A stretch of DNA of 63,912 nt, counting the filler, from Octopus bimaculoides (Eukaryota): assembly GCF_001194135.2 (NCBI RefSeq). It is 5 parts of 4 records of this genome, joined end to end, with 100 filler letters (N's around TTAATTAATTAA, not from the genome) between each part and the next. Parts side by side here need not be neighbours in the genome. Positions count along the whole stretch, not along the records: positions 35,539 to 53,555 come from NC_068989.1; positions 53,656 to 62,206 come from NC_068994.1; positions 62,307 to 63,912 come from NW_026295807.1; 2 more parts are not named here. One strand, given 5' to 3'. Both the position numbers and the translations under genes were made by a program. The notes beneath the pieces were generated by a model. The model saw nothing but the letters and a program-made list of their open reading frames with translations, was not told the DNA's origin and did not search any database. Shown here one piece after another: positions 51,240-63,912 of the stretch (position 1 is the stretch's first letter; each line of letters begins with the position of its first letter).

Positions 51240-52330
51240 ATTAAAATTTAGTTATGTATATAATTCTCATCATTATCGCTGACTTCTTTCCTGCGACTCA
51301 CCATTTTTTTAAATTTTATTCCATTGGTGAAAAATTCTTTTGGTTTTGATGAAAGGATGGAAGAGAGATAAGTTTTGACCTCTTTTGGGGTTTTTGAGTA
51401 GTAATCCGTCTAAATGATCATGTAAGCTTCAGAACGAATATTAACCTAAAGGAGCGAGTTCTGGGGAATAAGGCAAGTGAGGCATTTTTTCCAGCCAAGT
51501 TCTTTGGTATTTTTCTGCTATAATCGTTGCAGTGTGATGGAACATCGTTCCCATACGAGTCACCAAGCCAGGCATTTTTTTCCTTCAAAAGAGCATCGAA
51601 CCGCTCTAAATGTTTGCAATAGGTATATATATAGACAGTAACTTTTGCTTTCATTAATAGCAACTCAATGTGTATAACGCCAATGCAATCTCACCAAGCA
51701 GAAAGAACATTTTTGCATGGAGGTTCTATTAGGGTTGTGGTTTAGCCTGTTCTCGACAACTAAGCCAGTACCTGCGCTGTTTAACATTTTCATAAAAAAT
51801 CATTTCTCATCATCATTCACAGATCTGTCCAAAATTTGTGAGATATGTTCGCAAGAATTGAGCAGATGTCCATTCGTAACATTCGTTTGGTCTCAGTCAA
51901 ACCAAGGGGAAGCCATCTTCTGAGTTTGGTCATCTTTTCAAGCTGCTGAAGATGGCCTTGAACAGTTTAATGGTTTGCATTATCCTTATCAAGCTCTCAC
52001 AAAAGAAGCTCGGCATCAAATTCAACAGAACGTCCTCTTCATGGTTTCTATCTTTGGTTAAAATTAGCATTTTTGGAATTGCAACTCACCTGCAACTTCT
52101 TTTGTTCAAGCACTCTTCCCCATAGACAAAATGGATAATTCGGTTTGCTTCTGCTACATTGTTTCCTTTTTTGAACTCATAAAGCATTATGTACCTTAAA
52201 TGTTCCTCCGATATGTCTATCTTTGAGGGGGTTAATATTAGTAATTAATTCAGAAATTATATTAAATTAAAAGTTTCCAAATTCATAGAATACTGTAAAA
52301 ATTTATTAGAAATTACATATATGATATTTT
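51240..52330 (-). mobile_element. Mariner relic
   Basis: EEHLRYIMLYEFKKGNNVAEANR, WLPLGLTE and ILDRSVNDDEK motifs; heavily mutated. Confidence 0.75.
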
Positions 52331-52790
52331 GGATACTATTTATAGGCTGCCCTANNNNNNNNNNNNNNNNNNNNNNNNNNNNNNNNNNNNNNNNNNNNNN
52401 NNNNNNNNNNNNNNNNNNNNNNNNNNNNNNNNNNNNNNNNNNNNNNNNNNNNNNNNNNNNNNNNNNNNNNNNNNNNNNNNNNNNNNNNNNNNNNNNNNNN
52501 NNNNNNNNNNNNNNNNNNNNNNNNNNNNNNNNNNNNNNNNNNNNNNNNNNNNNNNNNNNNNNNNNNNNNNNNNNNNNNNNNNNNNNNNNNNNNNNNNNNN
52601 NNNNNNNNNNNNNNNNNNNNNNNNNNNNNNNNNNNNNNNNNNNNNNNNNNNNNNNNNNNNNNNNNNNNNNNNNNNNNNNNNNNNNNNNNNNNNNNNNNNN
52701 NNNNNNNNNNNNNNNNNNNNNNNNNNNNNNNNNNNNNNNNNNNNNNNNNNNNNNNNNNNNNNNNNNNNNNNNNNNNNNNNNNNNNNNNNN

Positions 52791-53554
52791 CCGCTGGTAT
52801 CTGATTCTAAGGAAATGCTTCTGTGAACCAGCATATGTCTCTTAAGTCCGGGTATTGTTTTACAAACCTTGTGACATATGCCACAGGTCGCAGAAGGCGG
52901 TTGGTATTTAGGGTGTCTGGAATGTCTACCCTCATGTGTTTTCATGTGATTCACATGTCCTGCTTTTGACAGAAGAACGCGATCACACACAATACACATC
53001 CTATACTCTCCATTGTTTACAATTTTTCCCTTTTGACAGGCTCGCTTAAGCTCAAGTTGCTGAAACATCTTTTCCTCCCATATATCACAGCTCGTCTTGA
53101 CAACAGCTCTCCACTTGCTTCGATCCAGAACATCTCCTTCCCAATCACTTTCATACATATCTAGTTTTTTTAGGTTTTGTTTAATGCAACCTTTATACCT
53201 CTTTCTCGGTTTCTGCCTCGGTCGCTCACCAGAGCTGAGCTCAACATAAAATAAGCGCTTCGGCAAACGATCATCCTTCATTCTAATTACATGCCCAGTC
53301 CATCTCATTTGGGCCAGGATAATATGTTTTTCAATTGAGCTACAGTGCGCCCTGCGGAAAACCTCTGTATCTGCTACGAAACTCTTCCATTTTACTCCTA
53401 GGATGCGTCTTAGACACTTTTGATGAAACCTTTCTAGCATCTTTACATGACGCTTGTAAGTGGTCCATGTTTCGCCTGAATAAAGAAGTGCAGTCAATAC
53501 ACACGCTTTGTAGGTGCTGATTTTTGTCTGCAGGGAGATATCTCTATCAGACCA
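52791..53554 (-). mobile_element. RTE-BovB-like LINE ORF2 C-terminus with two C2H2 zinc fingers (gap-bounded)
   Basis: Open frame: TKISTYKACVLTALLYSGETW..FHQKCLRRIL..QMRWTGHVIRM.DDRLPKRLFY.EL..G.R..QKPRKRYK; fingers CIVC..HMKTH and CGIC..HMLVH. Confidence 0.9.
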
Positions 53555-53913
53555 TNNNNNNNNNNNNNNNNNNNNNNNNNNNNNNNNNNNNNNNNNNNNT
53601 TAATTAATTAANNNNNNNNNNNNNNNNNNNNNNNNNNNNNNNNNNNNNNNNNNNNGTAACACCAATGTACTCCAGTGTAATACAGTCTAAACCAGACTAC
53701 ACCGGTTTATTTCTGTTTACAACATTAATCAAATTTGGCGCGTGTGTGGCTGTGTGGCTGTGTGATAAGAAGCTTGCATTCCAGCCACATGCCTCCGGGT
53801 TCAGTCCCACTGCGTGGCACTTTGGGCAGGTGTCTTCTACAATAGCCTCAGGCCAACCCAAAGCCTCGTGATTGGATATGGTAGACGGAAACTGAAATAA
53901 GCCCATATATATC

Positions 53914-54130
53914 CAGGGATGGCCAAAAGTCACGTGACAGTAAATCAAAATTCCATAAATACTTAATATTCAATTTTATTTATTCATTTGGAAAAAATGG
54001 TGTCAGTTTAAACAATTTTCACGATGTTTCATATTTAGATGCTTTTATTAAATTCATTCAGTTGTTCACCATAAATCAATCTTGGAAATAAATGGGTTTG
54101 ATTTACTTCAGATGACTTTGGCCAACCCTG
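53914..54130. mobile_element. Tc1/mariner-type MITE
   Basis: TIR cagggatggccaaaagtca / tgactttggccaaccctg, followed by TA. Confidence 0.7.
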
Positions 54131-54144
54131 TATGTATGTATGTA

Positions 54145-54188
<44 letters not shown>

Positions 54189-54553
54189 TGTCTGTGTCTT
54201 GATAACTAGTCTTGGTGTGTTTCGGGCTCCGTACATAGCTGTTCGGCAAAAGAACCGATGGAATAAGTACTAGGCTTTTAAAAATAAACCCTGGCTTCGA
54301 GTTGTTCGACTAAAATCCCTTCAAGGCGATGCCCCAGCATGGCCACGGCCAAATGACTGAAACAAGTAGAAGATAAAGGGTGAAAGACTTATTTTGACGT
54401 TTTGTGTTTATGTAAAAGTAAATCTATATTATCTCCCTTTTCAGTAGAAAATGACTCTCTCTTCGTGGCTTCTCTCGTTCTTTTTCTCTCTTTTCTTTGT
54501 TTGTCTGTCTCTCTCTCTCTCTCCATCTTTCTCTCCCTCTCTCCTCTCTTTCT

Positions 54554-54625
<72 letters not shown>

Positions 54626-56663
54626 CGTTTCTAGGAATCTGAACTATTGGAGTTGGGGTAGGACATGTAGGTCGAGGGAGTGGGAGAAGGAGAGACATAG
54701 AGAAAGAGAGAACAAATAAAAGAGATAGTGAGAGAGAAAGAGTATAAGAAAGAAACGATGTGGGATAATAAGTCTGTTTGCTAGTTGTTATTTAACCCAA
54801 AGTCAACCCTGGTCTCGCAGACTTTTAATCAATGATATCTCTACCATAACTATTTTACCATCTCGTATATCAGTGTTTACACTATCAAATGTGTCCCTTC
54901 CTTCAGAAGACAGTTATTACATGAAGATGATTAACTGCTATTTCTAACAAGTTATGTGAGCGTGTGGTTTCTATTTGTTTATTTATATATATATATAAAA
55001 TGAATGATATTTTGTCTATCGTTTATATGGCGTCTTGCATGTTTGTAGTCAAGAAAGATTGCAACAAATTCATCTTAGAAGATTTAAGAGTATTATTATA
55101 AAGCAGGGAGAGGCGACGAGCTGGCTGAATCGTTAGCGTGCCGGATAAAATGCTTAGCGGCATTCCGTCCATTTTTATGTTCTGAGTTCAAATTCTGCTA
55201 TGATCAACTTTGCTTTTAACCCTTAAGTCCAAGTCGAGCATTGGGTGCGATGTAATCGATTATCCTCTTCCCGCCCAAATTTCAGGCAATCTAGGCATTA
55301 TGTCCGAGCTGGATTAAGACACATAGAAGCTCTGAGCTTAAAAAAGAATTTGGTTCCCCCATACAGATGTAATTCAAAATATAAGCAATCATAAACCACA
55401 AAATTATTAATTTTTTTAAATAAAAGAATACCTTTTGTATACGTTTGTATACTTCCACTTTATTTATATTTGAAAACTTTTTTTCTACTTTAATTGCAAA
55501 GCCTTTGAGCAGATCCTCAAAATTAATCTTACATAACACGTCTGCTTCTACACTTAGAGGAGATAAGGTATCCCGAATATTATTTTAGCAATTTTAAAGT
55601 GATTTCTTTTGTGTCGTAAACCATTTACCATTTCTGTAGTGTCCCCGCTTCCCTTGATGCCTTAAGCACATGCTTATTTTGCTTAATGGTTAATTCAGTG
55701 TTGCATTATGCACAGACCAGCTGTCAAGATATTGGAGAATATGGTTATTAATGACTATCTCTGTCACATTTGTTGTTTGTTCTTACATGTGAGAGCGTTA
55801 GGCTGATAGTTGGTGAGAGCCAGAAGAGTTGTCTTTCTTGGAAAAAGCGGAAACATTGTTGCATGGTTTATAAGATTATGAATGATGCTTTAGATATCAT
55901 ATTTGATGGCATACAAGAAAAAAATCGTTTATTTTCCCCAAAATTATATTTCAAAAAGTCACTTCCGGTCCTCTATTAAAAATATTATTACTTTAACCTT
56001 ATAGGTTATCGTGATTTCTTGCTTTATGTTCAACTCTACTGCTAACTTTTTATTTACGGTAATGTTTTCTGCTATAGCTAAGGTATTTCTGCAATGTTTT
56101 GTTATGTACTACTAGAATGCTTTAAATGTTACTTATTTTAATGCAGTAAAAACATTTTTTCTCGAATACGCGCTACTTAAATTGGGATGCGTCTGGTATG
56201 CATGCGCATCTTTTTACACCATCAAATATAGTAAAGAAAAATGGAAGACTTTTGTAAAAAGAGAAGCTTATTGAAGCTTGAATTGCTTGAATTAAAGGAA
56301 GGGAGTGTCACGGGTTACGTGAAATATTCAGAGAATGTTTCTGCATTTGGCATCTCTAAGTCCAAGGTGGTGAGTCTAGTGAGTAGAGTGGAGCAATTTT
56401 GGAGGAAATCTTTTACAGTGTAATACTGACTAGATATGGATGACCAGCAAGCAGGACAGGAGTAGTTCTCCGCAGGAAGAGAGTTTATAGATCAATGATG
56501 CTTGTGAAGGGGAGAAAAGGACCATCCCTACAAACATACATAGATACATGCATACGTACGTAGATTCACAATACATACACACGCACATATACCTGCATAC
56601 ATACATATACGCATACATATATATTTATAAAAATGTCTTTGCCTGTATGCGTATGTATGTGTG

Positions 56664-56714
<51 letters not shown>

Positions 56715-56872
56715 NNNNNNNNNNNNNNNNNNNNNNNNNNNNNNNNNNNNNNNNNNNTCTACAACTCTAAATTAGTAATATACATATATATTATACATTA
56801 GGTAACCCAGTGTAATGTTTTACCGATGTGTGCCTGTAAGGTTGGAATAAAGCTTTTATTCCCTAATATTAT

Positions 56873-56918
<46 letters not shown>

Positions 56919-57359
56919 TCTGGTTTTCTTCGTTGTCTGTTTTGGCAAGCATAGTATTACTACTTCGCTGGAAACAGGTTTTATAACGTAGTCGTAGATA
57001 TGTTACGTCGAAAATAAAATGGCGGATGGTCATAGCTTGCTAAACAAAATGACGGAAGGTCAAGGTTTGCTAAACAAAGCAACACCATTAATGAGAACGT
57101 CATCAAATCAATAGCAACGACGACGACGATAGCAATGATGACGAAAGAAAAAGTGGACAGAAAATATGACAATAGAAAGACAGGGAGATAAACTAAGGGA
57201 GAAACAGAGGAAGGAGAAGGAGAGAAATAGAAAGGGAAGTTGGTTTTATGGGAAAGCTTAGTAAATATTACAATAACAACTGCTTCTGCCGCCTTCACCA
57301 CCATCATAATTCCTACCACCACCACCACCACCATCACCCCCACTCCACCACCCCACCTC

Positions 57360-57395
<36 letters not shown>

Positions 57396-57499
57396 CACCA
57401 CCACTACTACTAACAGCTGGTGTTATTGCAATTCTTAAATAAAAAATTTACAAGAAGAAGAAGAAGAAGAAGAAGAAGAAGAAGAAGAAGAAGAAGGAG

Positions 57500-57558
<59 letters not shown>

Positions 57559-59417
57559 GAATGGGAGATAATGCTGTTTGAATAGGAGAAGAAGCCAGAG
57601 GATTAAGTCGAGAGAGAAGAAAAATAAATAGAGAGCGTTTGGTGGCAGAGATAGAAGCAAGATTGGTGGCGGTGTTGTAATATGAAAGTGAAAGTAAAGT
57701 AGAACCACAAACAGAAATTCTAGCGCTGCAACAATAACAATAACAACAAGGCAACCATTTTTTTAAAGAGGTAAAAATAAAGATAAACTAAAAAAATGAT
57801 GGGGGATTTTTAAAAAATGTTTCAATTGAAGTGAAAAAGGATTAAATGGAAGAGAAATAAGCTTAAAACAATATCTCTCTTAAAGAAATCCATTAAAAAG
57901 TATAAGGGCGCGGGGATTATCTGGGAAAATAAACAAGTACTGGGGTTTAACTGTACTCTGGTAGTAATGGCATAGGTATAAAGAAAAACGTGTTTGTAGT
58001 TAGATGCACACTTCAACCATATTTAAACAAACATTTGAACCTTCCATGTAACTAGCTGACATCGAGTGAAATCGGAAGTCAGCTGACAGAGTAAACAGTG
58101 GTTACTTACATAGGAATAATGGTGACTAATGCAGGCATATGGTGGTGAGCTGGTAGAATCGTTAACACGTCGGACGACAATATATTTAGTAGCAATTCTT
58201 CCAGATGTCTACCTTCTAAGTTCCAATCCCGACATGGTTAACACTGCTTTTCATCTTTTTGAGCATAGATAAAATTAAGTAGCAGACAAGTACTGGGATC
58301 GATGTAAACAACTTGTCGCCTCCCCTCAAAAATTACAAGCCTTGATCCCTGCGACGGATCGGCATCCTGTTCAGGAGAATGTTTTGAAGCCGTTTACTTA
58401 TACGCCACAGAAACCGAGTAACGGCCTTATGAAACCTTTGGCTCGAGAAACAAAAAGTTTGAATACTAGACGGGTGGAGTGAGGTATAGTCGATCATATC
58501 TTCTCCAGTACTTGTCTGGAACTTATGTATCTTGGAATGGCACGACAACGTGGGTTCAGTTTCTGCATTATCGCTAGGCCTGTTAGGTTTAATGACCAAA
58601 TTATCCTCAAATTACGCTCAACCTCTTTATAAGTAAATAATAATTTGATAACGTGTGGAGACGCGTGGCCTAATGGTTACGTCTGTTGCACTCCCAAAAG
58701 TAAGATCGCAGTTTTGATTACCTTCCGGGCGACACATTGTATTTTTGAGTAAAACACTTCATTTTGCGCTGTCCCCAGTCCACTCAGCTGTAAATGAGTT
58801 CCAGAAATAGCTGGGAACCTGCGAGAAACTGGCGTCCTGTTTAACGAGGAATGTTGTAATTACTGTTGGAATACCTTTGACTTACTCGGTCAGGTTGATC
58901 CGGAGCCAAACAGCAGCAACATATAGATAAAAGATCAAATGAAAAGTTGGTTTGAGTGGAATTTGAACCGAAAACTAGAACCTTTGAACTGAAAACGTAA
59001 CGAGATTTCGTAAGAAGTAAGTTTTACCGATCTCGCAAATGAGTCTGTTAATCAACTCATTGCCATTAGAAAGGAATTCGTTTCAGCAACCAGCGTAATT
59101 AGGCATTGTGGCATACAGACATACCTCATGATACGGAACTGTGGTATTCTTGAAAGATTCGTGGTAACATAGAATTGAATTGCGTAATGCAAAATGTATT
59201 TCTTACTACTTATTATATCAATCAACATATTTTCATTGCATGGAGAAAAGGAAAGAAAAATATTTTGTTGTAGATAATGAGGTAATGAGAAATTTGGGAG
59301 AACAGGGATTTCCTGAGTTACAGAGCCGTTGTGATGTTGAAAATCTCGTGTAACGTAGAAACGCAAGACATATTTACTATTGACTCCCATGCTCATTACC
59401 TTCAATGTACTATGGTA

Positions 59418-59620
59418 ATCAATGGAGAACGGGTTTCAAGTCACGTAACTCTGTGGTACGTAAGCACCATTGGATTCGAAGTGTAACAAGAAAATCAATG
59501 GAAAATGGGTTTCACGTTACGTAATTCTGTGGTACCTAAATACCATTGGATTCCATGTTCATTGACCTCAGTGTAATATTGAAATCAGTGGAAAATGGGT
59601 TTCACGTTACGTGATTCCGT
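59418..59620. repeat. Degenerate ~80-bp tandem repeat (~2.5 copies)
   Basis: atca(a/g)tgga.aa.gggtttca.gt.acgt.a.tc.gtg occurs at ~59419, ~59495 and ~59584. Confidence 0.8.
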
Positions 59621-60004
59621 GAGACAAAGTGGCTTTCAGGAACGTAGTGTCTCTCTAATTCAGTGATGCCTGCATCAGGTTTTTTTTTTCAAATATTATC
59701 GATATTAAGTGAAATGAAACTGGCTTCTTATCATAATTTGTAAACGATGCGATCGTTTCAAAGCATATTAAGGCAAAATGGTCGTGGCTGGAGCGCTTTT
59801 GAGATATTACAGTCATAGATACACTTGGAAGATAAGTATGATCACGGTTGGAACGCATTTGAACATAATTCTGCTCTATATGGAAATGGTACATTAGATA
59901 GTATAATGCTTGATATCACTAAAAAGATGGGATGGTCATATCTGGAAACATTTCAACATACATCTGATAGAGCTGGACTGACCTGGAGTTGTACAAATGC
60001 AATG

Positions 60005-60521
60005 TACGAAGTGCATTCCAGAAGTTTTGAAACTTTTTAGGAGAGGCAGTTATAACTATCTTAGATTATTGTAATTTTAGTTTAGAATATTATTACAATA
60101 TATCTAATAAGCTGACTTGCTATCTTTTTATTCGAGATTAAAGGAGGCGGCTATAGTAGCACTTCGAACACACCTTACTAAATATTGCTATCCATTTTGG
60201 TAACAAAAACTATTTGACAGAAACGGGTACCAAAACTGGCTCACCCATCCCACTGTCCAAACCTTGCTCTCTATTACTTTTAGCCCCACCACCCAAGATG
60301 ATGGAGAACCCTAATAGTTGCTCATTTGAAAACATTGAGAAGATGGAGGCTGTGACAAGTGTCCTGGACACTTTCACTTTAGAGGACTTCCGTGGGACCT
60401 TCACGAAGTGGCTGGAGCTTGCTCGACAAGAAGAACGTTGAAATCAAAGAGATTTACTTCAAAATTAATAGATATATCTTTTGTAAAAGTAATTATCAAA
60501 ACCTCTGGAATGTACTTCGTG
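60005..60521 (+). mobile_element. Internally deleted mariner
   Basis: TIRs cgaagtgcattccagaagttttga / tcaaaacctctggaatgtacttcg; C-terminal remnant FENIEKMEAVTSVLDTFTLEDFRGTFTKWLE. Confidence 0.75.
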
Positions 60522-62061
60522 TTATAGAAGCGGAGGTGAAGAATGATGGTACGTTGTGGTGTTAATGGCCTTTTTAATGAAACGTCGAGGATCTTTAACC
60601 TAGAACGGTTTCAAATTTTAGTAGAAGTCCTGTAATTACATCGAAACCCCAGTGCTCAACAGTGACATAGTTTATCAATCCCAGAAGGATGAAAGGAAAA
60701 GTCAACCGTTGTGTAATTCGAACCCAAAATATTTTTTTTAAAGCCGGAAGAAATGTCGCTAAGCATCCTGTCTGATGCGTTAACGATTCTACCACCTCAC
60801 CTCCTTCATCTTTAACCTAGAATAAAGACTAAGTCTGTCCAGTTGACTTGCTGGGTGCGTTTGCTTCGCTGAACAGCCGGCCTCGCTTAATTAAACCGGC
60901 ATAATGACGATATAAATTAGTTACCTGACGAGTTCCTGGAACTGTATTTTATAACGAGCTTCAGCCAACTACGGATTCTTTTAAAGAATTAATGAAGTCA
61001 TGACGCAAAATTTAATCATGACGATGACGAGGCGGCGTTGTTTTGTACGTTTTATTATTATTGATTGTTTTTTTTTGTTGGTGGTTCCTTTCTTCCTCCC
61101 TTTCTTTCCTTCTTTCTTCCCTTCTTTCTTTCTTTCTTTCTTTCTTTTTTCTTTGCTTTTCGTTTCGTTTATTTAATTATTTAATTCAGTTAAAATGCTT
61201 TATTGCTTTATGTGTTAGTTTTATGTTTCATCGTTTAATAGAATGAGGAAAACGGGGTAAGGCGAGGTTGGGAGGTGGGGGTAGAATTGAGGTGTTGTTG
61301 GAATGAGTCTCAATGATTACGACATCACTAAAAATACACTTTAAAATCAAATACACACAAGCACAAAAAAGCAAATAAATAAATAAATAAAACAATTATG
61401 TCTTAATTATTTTACACTAATTATATTTTTAAGAACATTAATTCACTTAAGAATAATAATATTAATGATAATTTCATACTTTGGCACAAGAGCAGGACAT
61501 TTGGATGAAGGAGATAACATTAGATGATATATTCATCCCAGTATTCGACTGGTACTTCATTTCATCGACCCAAGAAAGATGAAAGGTAAAACTGAACTGG
61601 ATGCGATTCGAACGCGGTACGTAAAGTGCCGCAACAAATACCTCAAAGCATTTGAGTAGCTCTAACGATCCAGCCACTTCGACAACCGTTTAATAGGCAC
61701 AAGGCCTGAGATTTTGGGAAGGAGATAGTCGATTACATCAGCCCCAGTGTTTCACTGGAATTTATTTGTCGATCCCGAAAGGATGAAAGGTGAAATCGAT
61801 CCCGGTTGAATTTGAACTCAGAATGTAAGGACGGACGAAATGCCGCTAGGCATTTTGCCCAGCGCGCTAATGATTCTGCCAGTTCGCCGCCTTCGTCGCC
61901 TTAATAATAATAGTAATAATTATTTCTACTGTAGGCACAAGGCCTGAGATTTGGGGGGAGGGTGCTAGTCGATTACATCGACCCCAGTGCGTAATTGGTA
62001 CTCAATTCATTGACCCCCGAAAGGGTGAAAAGCAAAGTCGACCTCGGTGGAAAAAAAAAAT

Positions 62062-62188
<127 letters not shown>

Positions 62189-62969
62189 GCTTGTTATGCC
62201 TCACTGNNNNNNNNNNNNNNNNNNNNNNNNNNNNNNNNNNNNNNNNNNNNTTAATTAATTAANNNNNNNNNNNNNNNNNNNNNNNNNNNNNNNNNNNNNN
62301 NNNNNNGTACGTATGTATGTATGTATGTATGTATGTATGTATGTATGTACGTACGTTTAAATGTATGTATATATGTATGTGTGTACGTACGTACGCACGC
62401 ACACATTCATGCATCATGTATACACTCTAATACATTCATGTATGTATAGCTGCTGGAGAAGATGAGAGCAGTTGGTGGATAGGTGGAAATCTGGCTAATG
62501 AATCGCCAGGAAGTTTCATTTTTATGAACATAAGTAAGGTGTGACGAAACTACATATTTGGTTCATGTATACATATCCACAAGGAATAGTATGCTGTCAT
62601 TTGAGGAGTGTTTAGCTTCCATTCCTATCGTGTCTAGAATATATACCTAACATGTAGATGCACCCTCATAGATTCTAAGGCATTGTGTGCTGACACATAA
62701 AATTAGTGTGCGTGTGTATTACATTTACACACGCAAACACGCACACACACATGGAGATGAACTGATTAAGTTGATGCATTGCATGAGCTGTCGATGCACA
62801 CACTCACATGTGTGCATCTATCCACATGAGAATCTCAGATGGAGAATTTTTGGAACGTCTTACAAATCTTCACAGTGCCGGTAATAGATTGAATATGTAT
62901 ATATGTATGTATGCATACATGCATGTATGTATTCATAGAGTAGTGTGGACTGCTCAGTTGTTTTGCTTT

Positions 62970-63516
62970 CATTATTTCGGCCTAGCTAAAGGCAATCTGG
63001 CGAATGTAAAACTGCTGTCACAGAAAAACTATTGTTCCACCGTGGGAAAAGTTCTGTTGAAGTGTTAATTTAAATTTGGCTACGGTGGATCGAATCCACT
63101 TCATAAACAGATATGTTTTATAATTACTCTCCTCTTCCACTATATGTTCCAATTGGCAACATGTTTTACAATGTTTGCATCGTTGTTGCCGTTAGCAACT
63201 AATTAATAAACTTTTTCAGTTATCTACTAGTCATTTATTATTATTTATAGATAATATAACAGATAATACACATAATTTTTGTAATATATAAATTTATTTA
63301 ATATGAAATGAAATATGAAAGAATAATAAATGTTATATTCTTATGTATCATCTTTGATGTATTTGTAGTGAATCTTGCAAGCATGAAGTGGATTTGATCC
63401 ACCATAGCCAAATTTAAATTAACACTGCAACAGAACTTTTCCCACGGTGGAACAATGGTTTTTCTCTGACAGCAGTTTTACATCTTCCAGATGCCTTTAG
63501 CTAGGCCGAAATAATG
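62970..63516. mobile_element. Foldback/MITE with ~135-bp inverted arms
   Basis: 62970-63104 is mirrored by 63383-63516 (cattatttcggcctagctaaaggca...gttccaccgtgggaaaagttctgttg...ggtggatc.aatccacttcat); ~280-bp AT-rich spacer. Confidence 0.85.
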
Positions 63517-63665
63517 TCTTCACCCCTTGACCCTTTCTGACCTCTTCTACTTCACCAAAAGCTAGAATGGAGATAACAAGACCACCAACGAAGTCCATTG
63601 TTCTCAATGATATGTCTATCCTTCTGGATAGTTATAAAAACAAGAACCCCCAAGCAAAAGGATAA

Positions 63666-63775
63666 TTCAGTTATTTGGTGACGACTCAACATAGTTAGTC
63701 ACTTCGGTGATGACTCAACCAGTTCAGTCACTTGGTGTCGACTCATTCAGTTAGTCACTTCAGTGACAACTCAGT
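63666..63775. repeat. 28-29-bp hairpin-forming tandem repeat x4
   Basis: Units ttcagttatttggtgacgactcaacatag / ttagtcacttcggtgatgactcaaccag / ttcagtcacttggtgtcgactcattcag / ttagtcacttcagtgacaactcag. Confidence 0.85.
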
Positions 63776-63912
63776 GAGAACGAAGTCTGACTGGCCAGTT
63801 AGAACCTTGGTCAGAGGGAGAAATGAAGTTTACTGTCAACAATTGTGAGACAACGTCCCACAACCCTACAACTCTCACTAGCTCTAATTCTATTCTCTTA
63901 CAACATCATTCT

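Noticed and set aside
56241-56373. MEDFCKKRSLL... ORF with a GTGAGT donor-like site
   Set aside because: No recognisable product and no compatible downstream exon found
57410-57754. Poly-V/poly-L ORFs and the E/Q-rich plus-strand frame
   Set aside because: Translations of (GAA)n and (CAA)n microsatellites; the plus-strand frames contain stops
63666-63775. CRISPR array interpretation of the palindromic repeats
   Set aside because: Eukaryotic context, no unique spacers and no cas genes

Overview
AT-rich eukaryotic genomic DNA with many microsatellites and assembly gaps. The repeat families look like those of octopus (recognised from memory, no database search run). No complete host gene, rRNA, true tRNA or CRISPR array can be supported. 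The window is almost entirely layered transposon debris. LINE relics come from the CR1-like, RTE/BovB, Tx1/L1, NeSL/HERO and R4/Dong groups. DNA transposon relics include several mariners, a maT/rosa-type element, Tigger/pogo, a Chapaev3 with intact TIRs and TAA TSD, and Helitron pieces. There are also tRNA-derived SINEs, MITEs and a solo LTR nested inside a LINE codon. The most interesting signal is a set of Penelope-like terminal repeats carrying minimal type-I hammerhead ribozyme motifs: one near-intact at 12541-12653 and several decayed copies, two of them in a ~730 bp diverged palindrome. Other leads are a four-copy STAT/GAS-motif array (10870-11006), a possible two-exon 3' end of an unidentified host gene (8466-8797), an open RTE-BovB tail with two C2H2 fingers, and a small hairpin tandem array near the window end.
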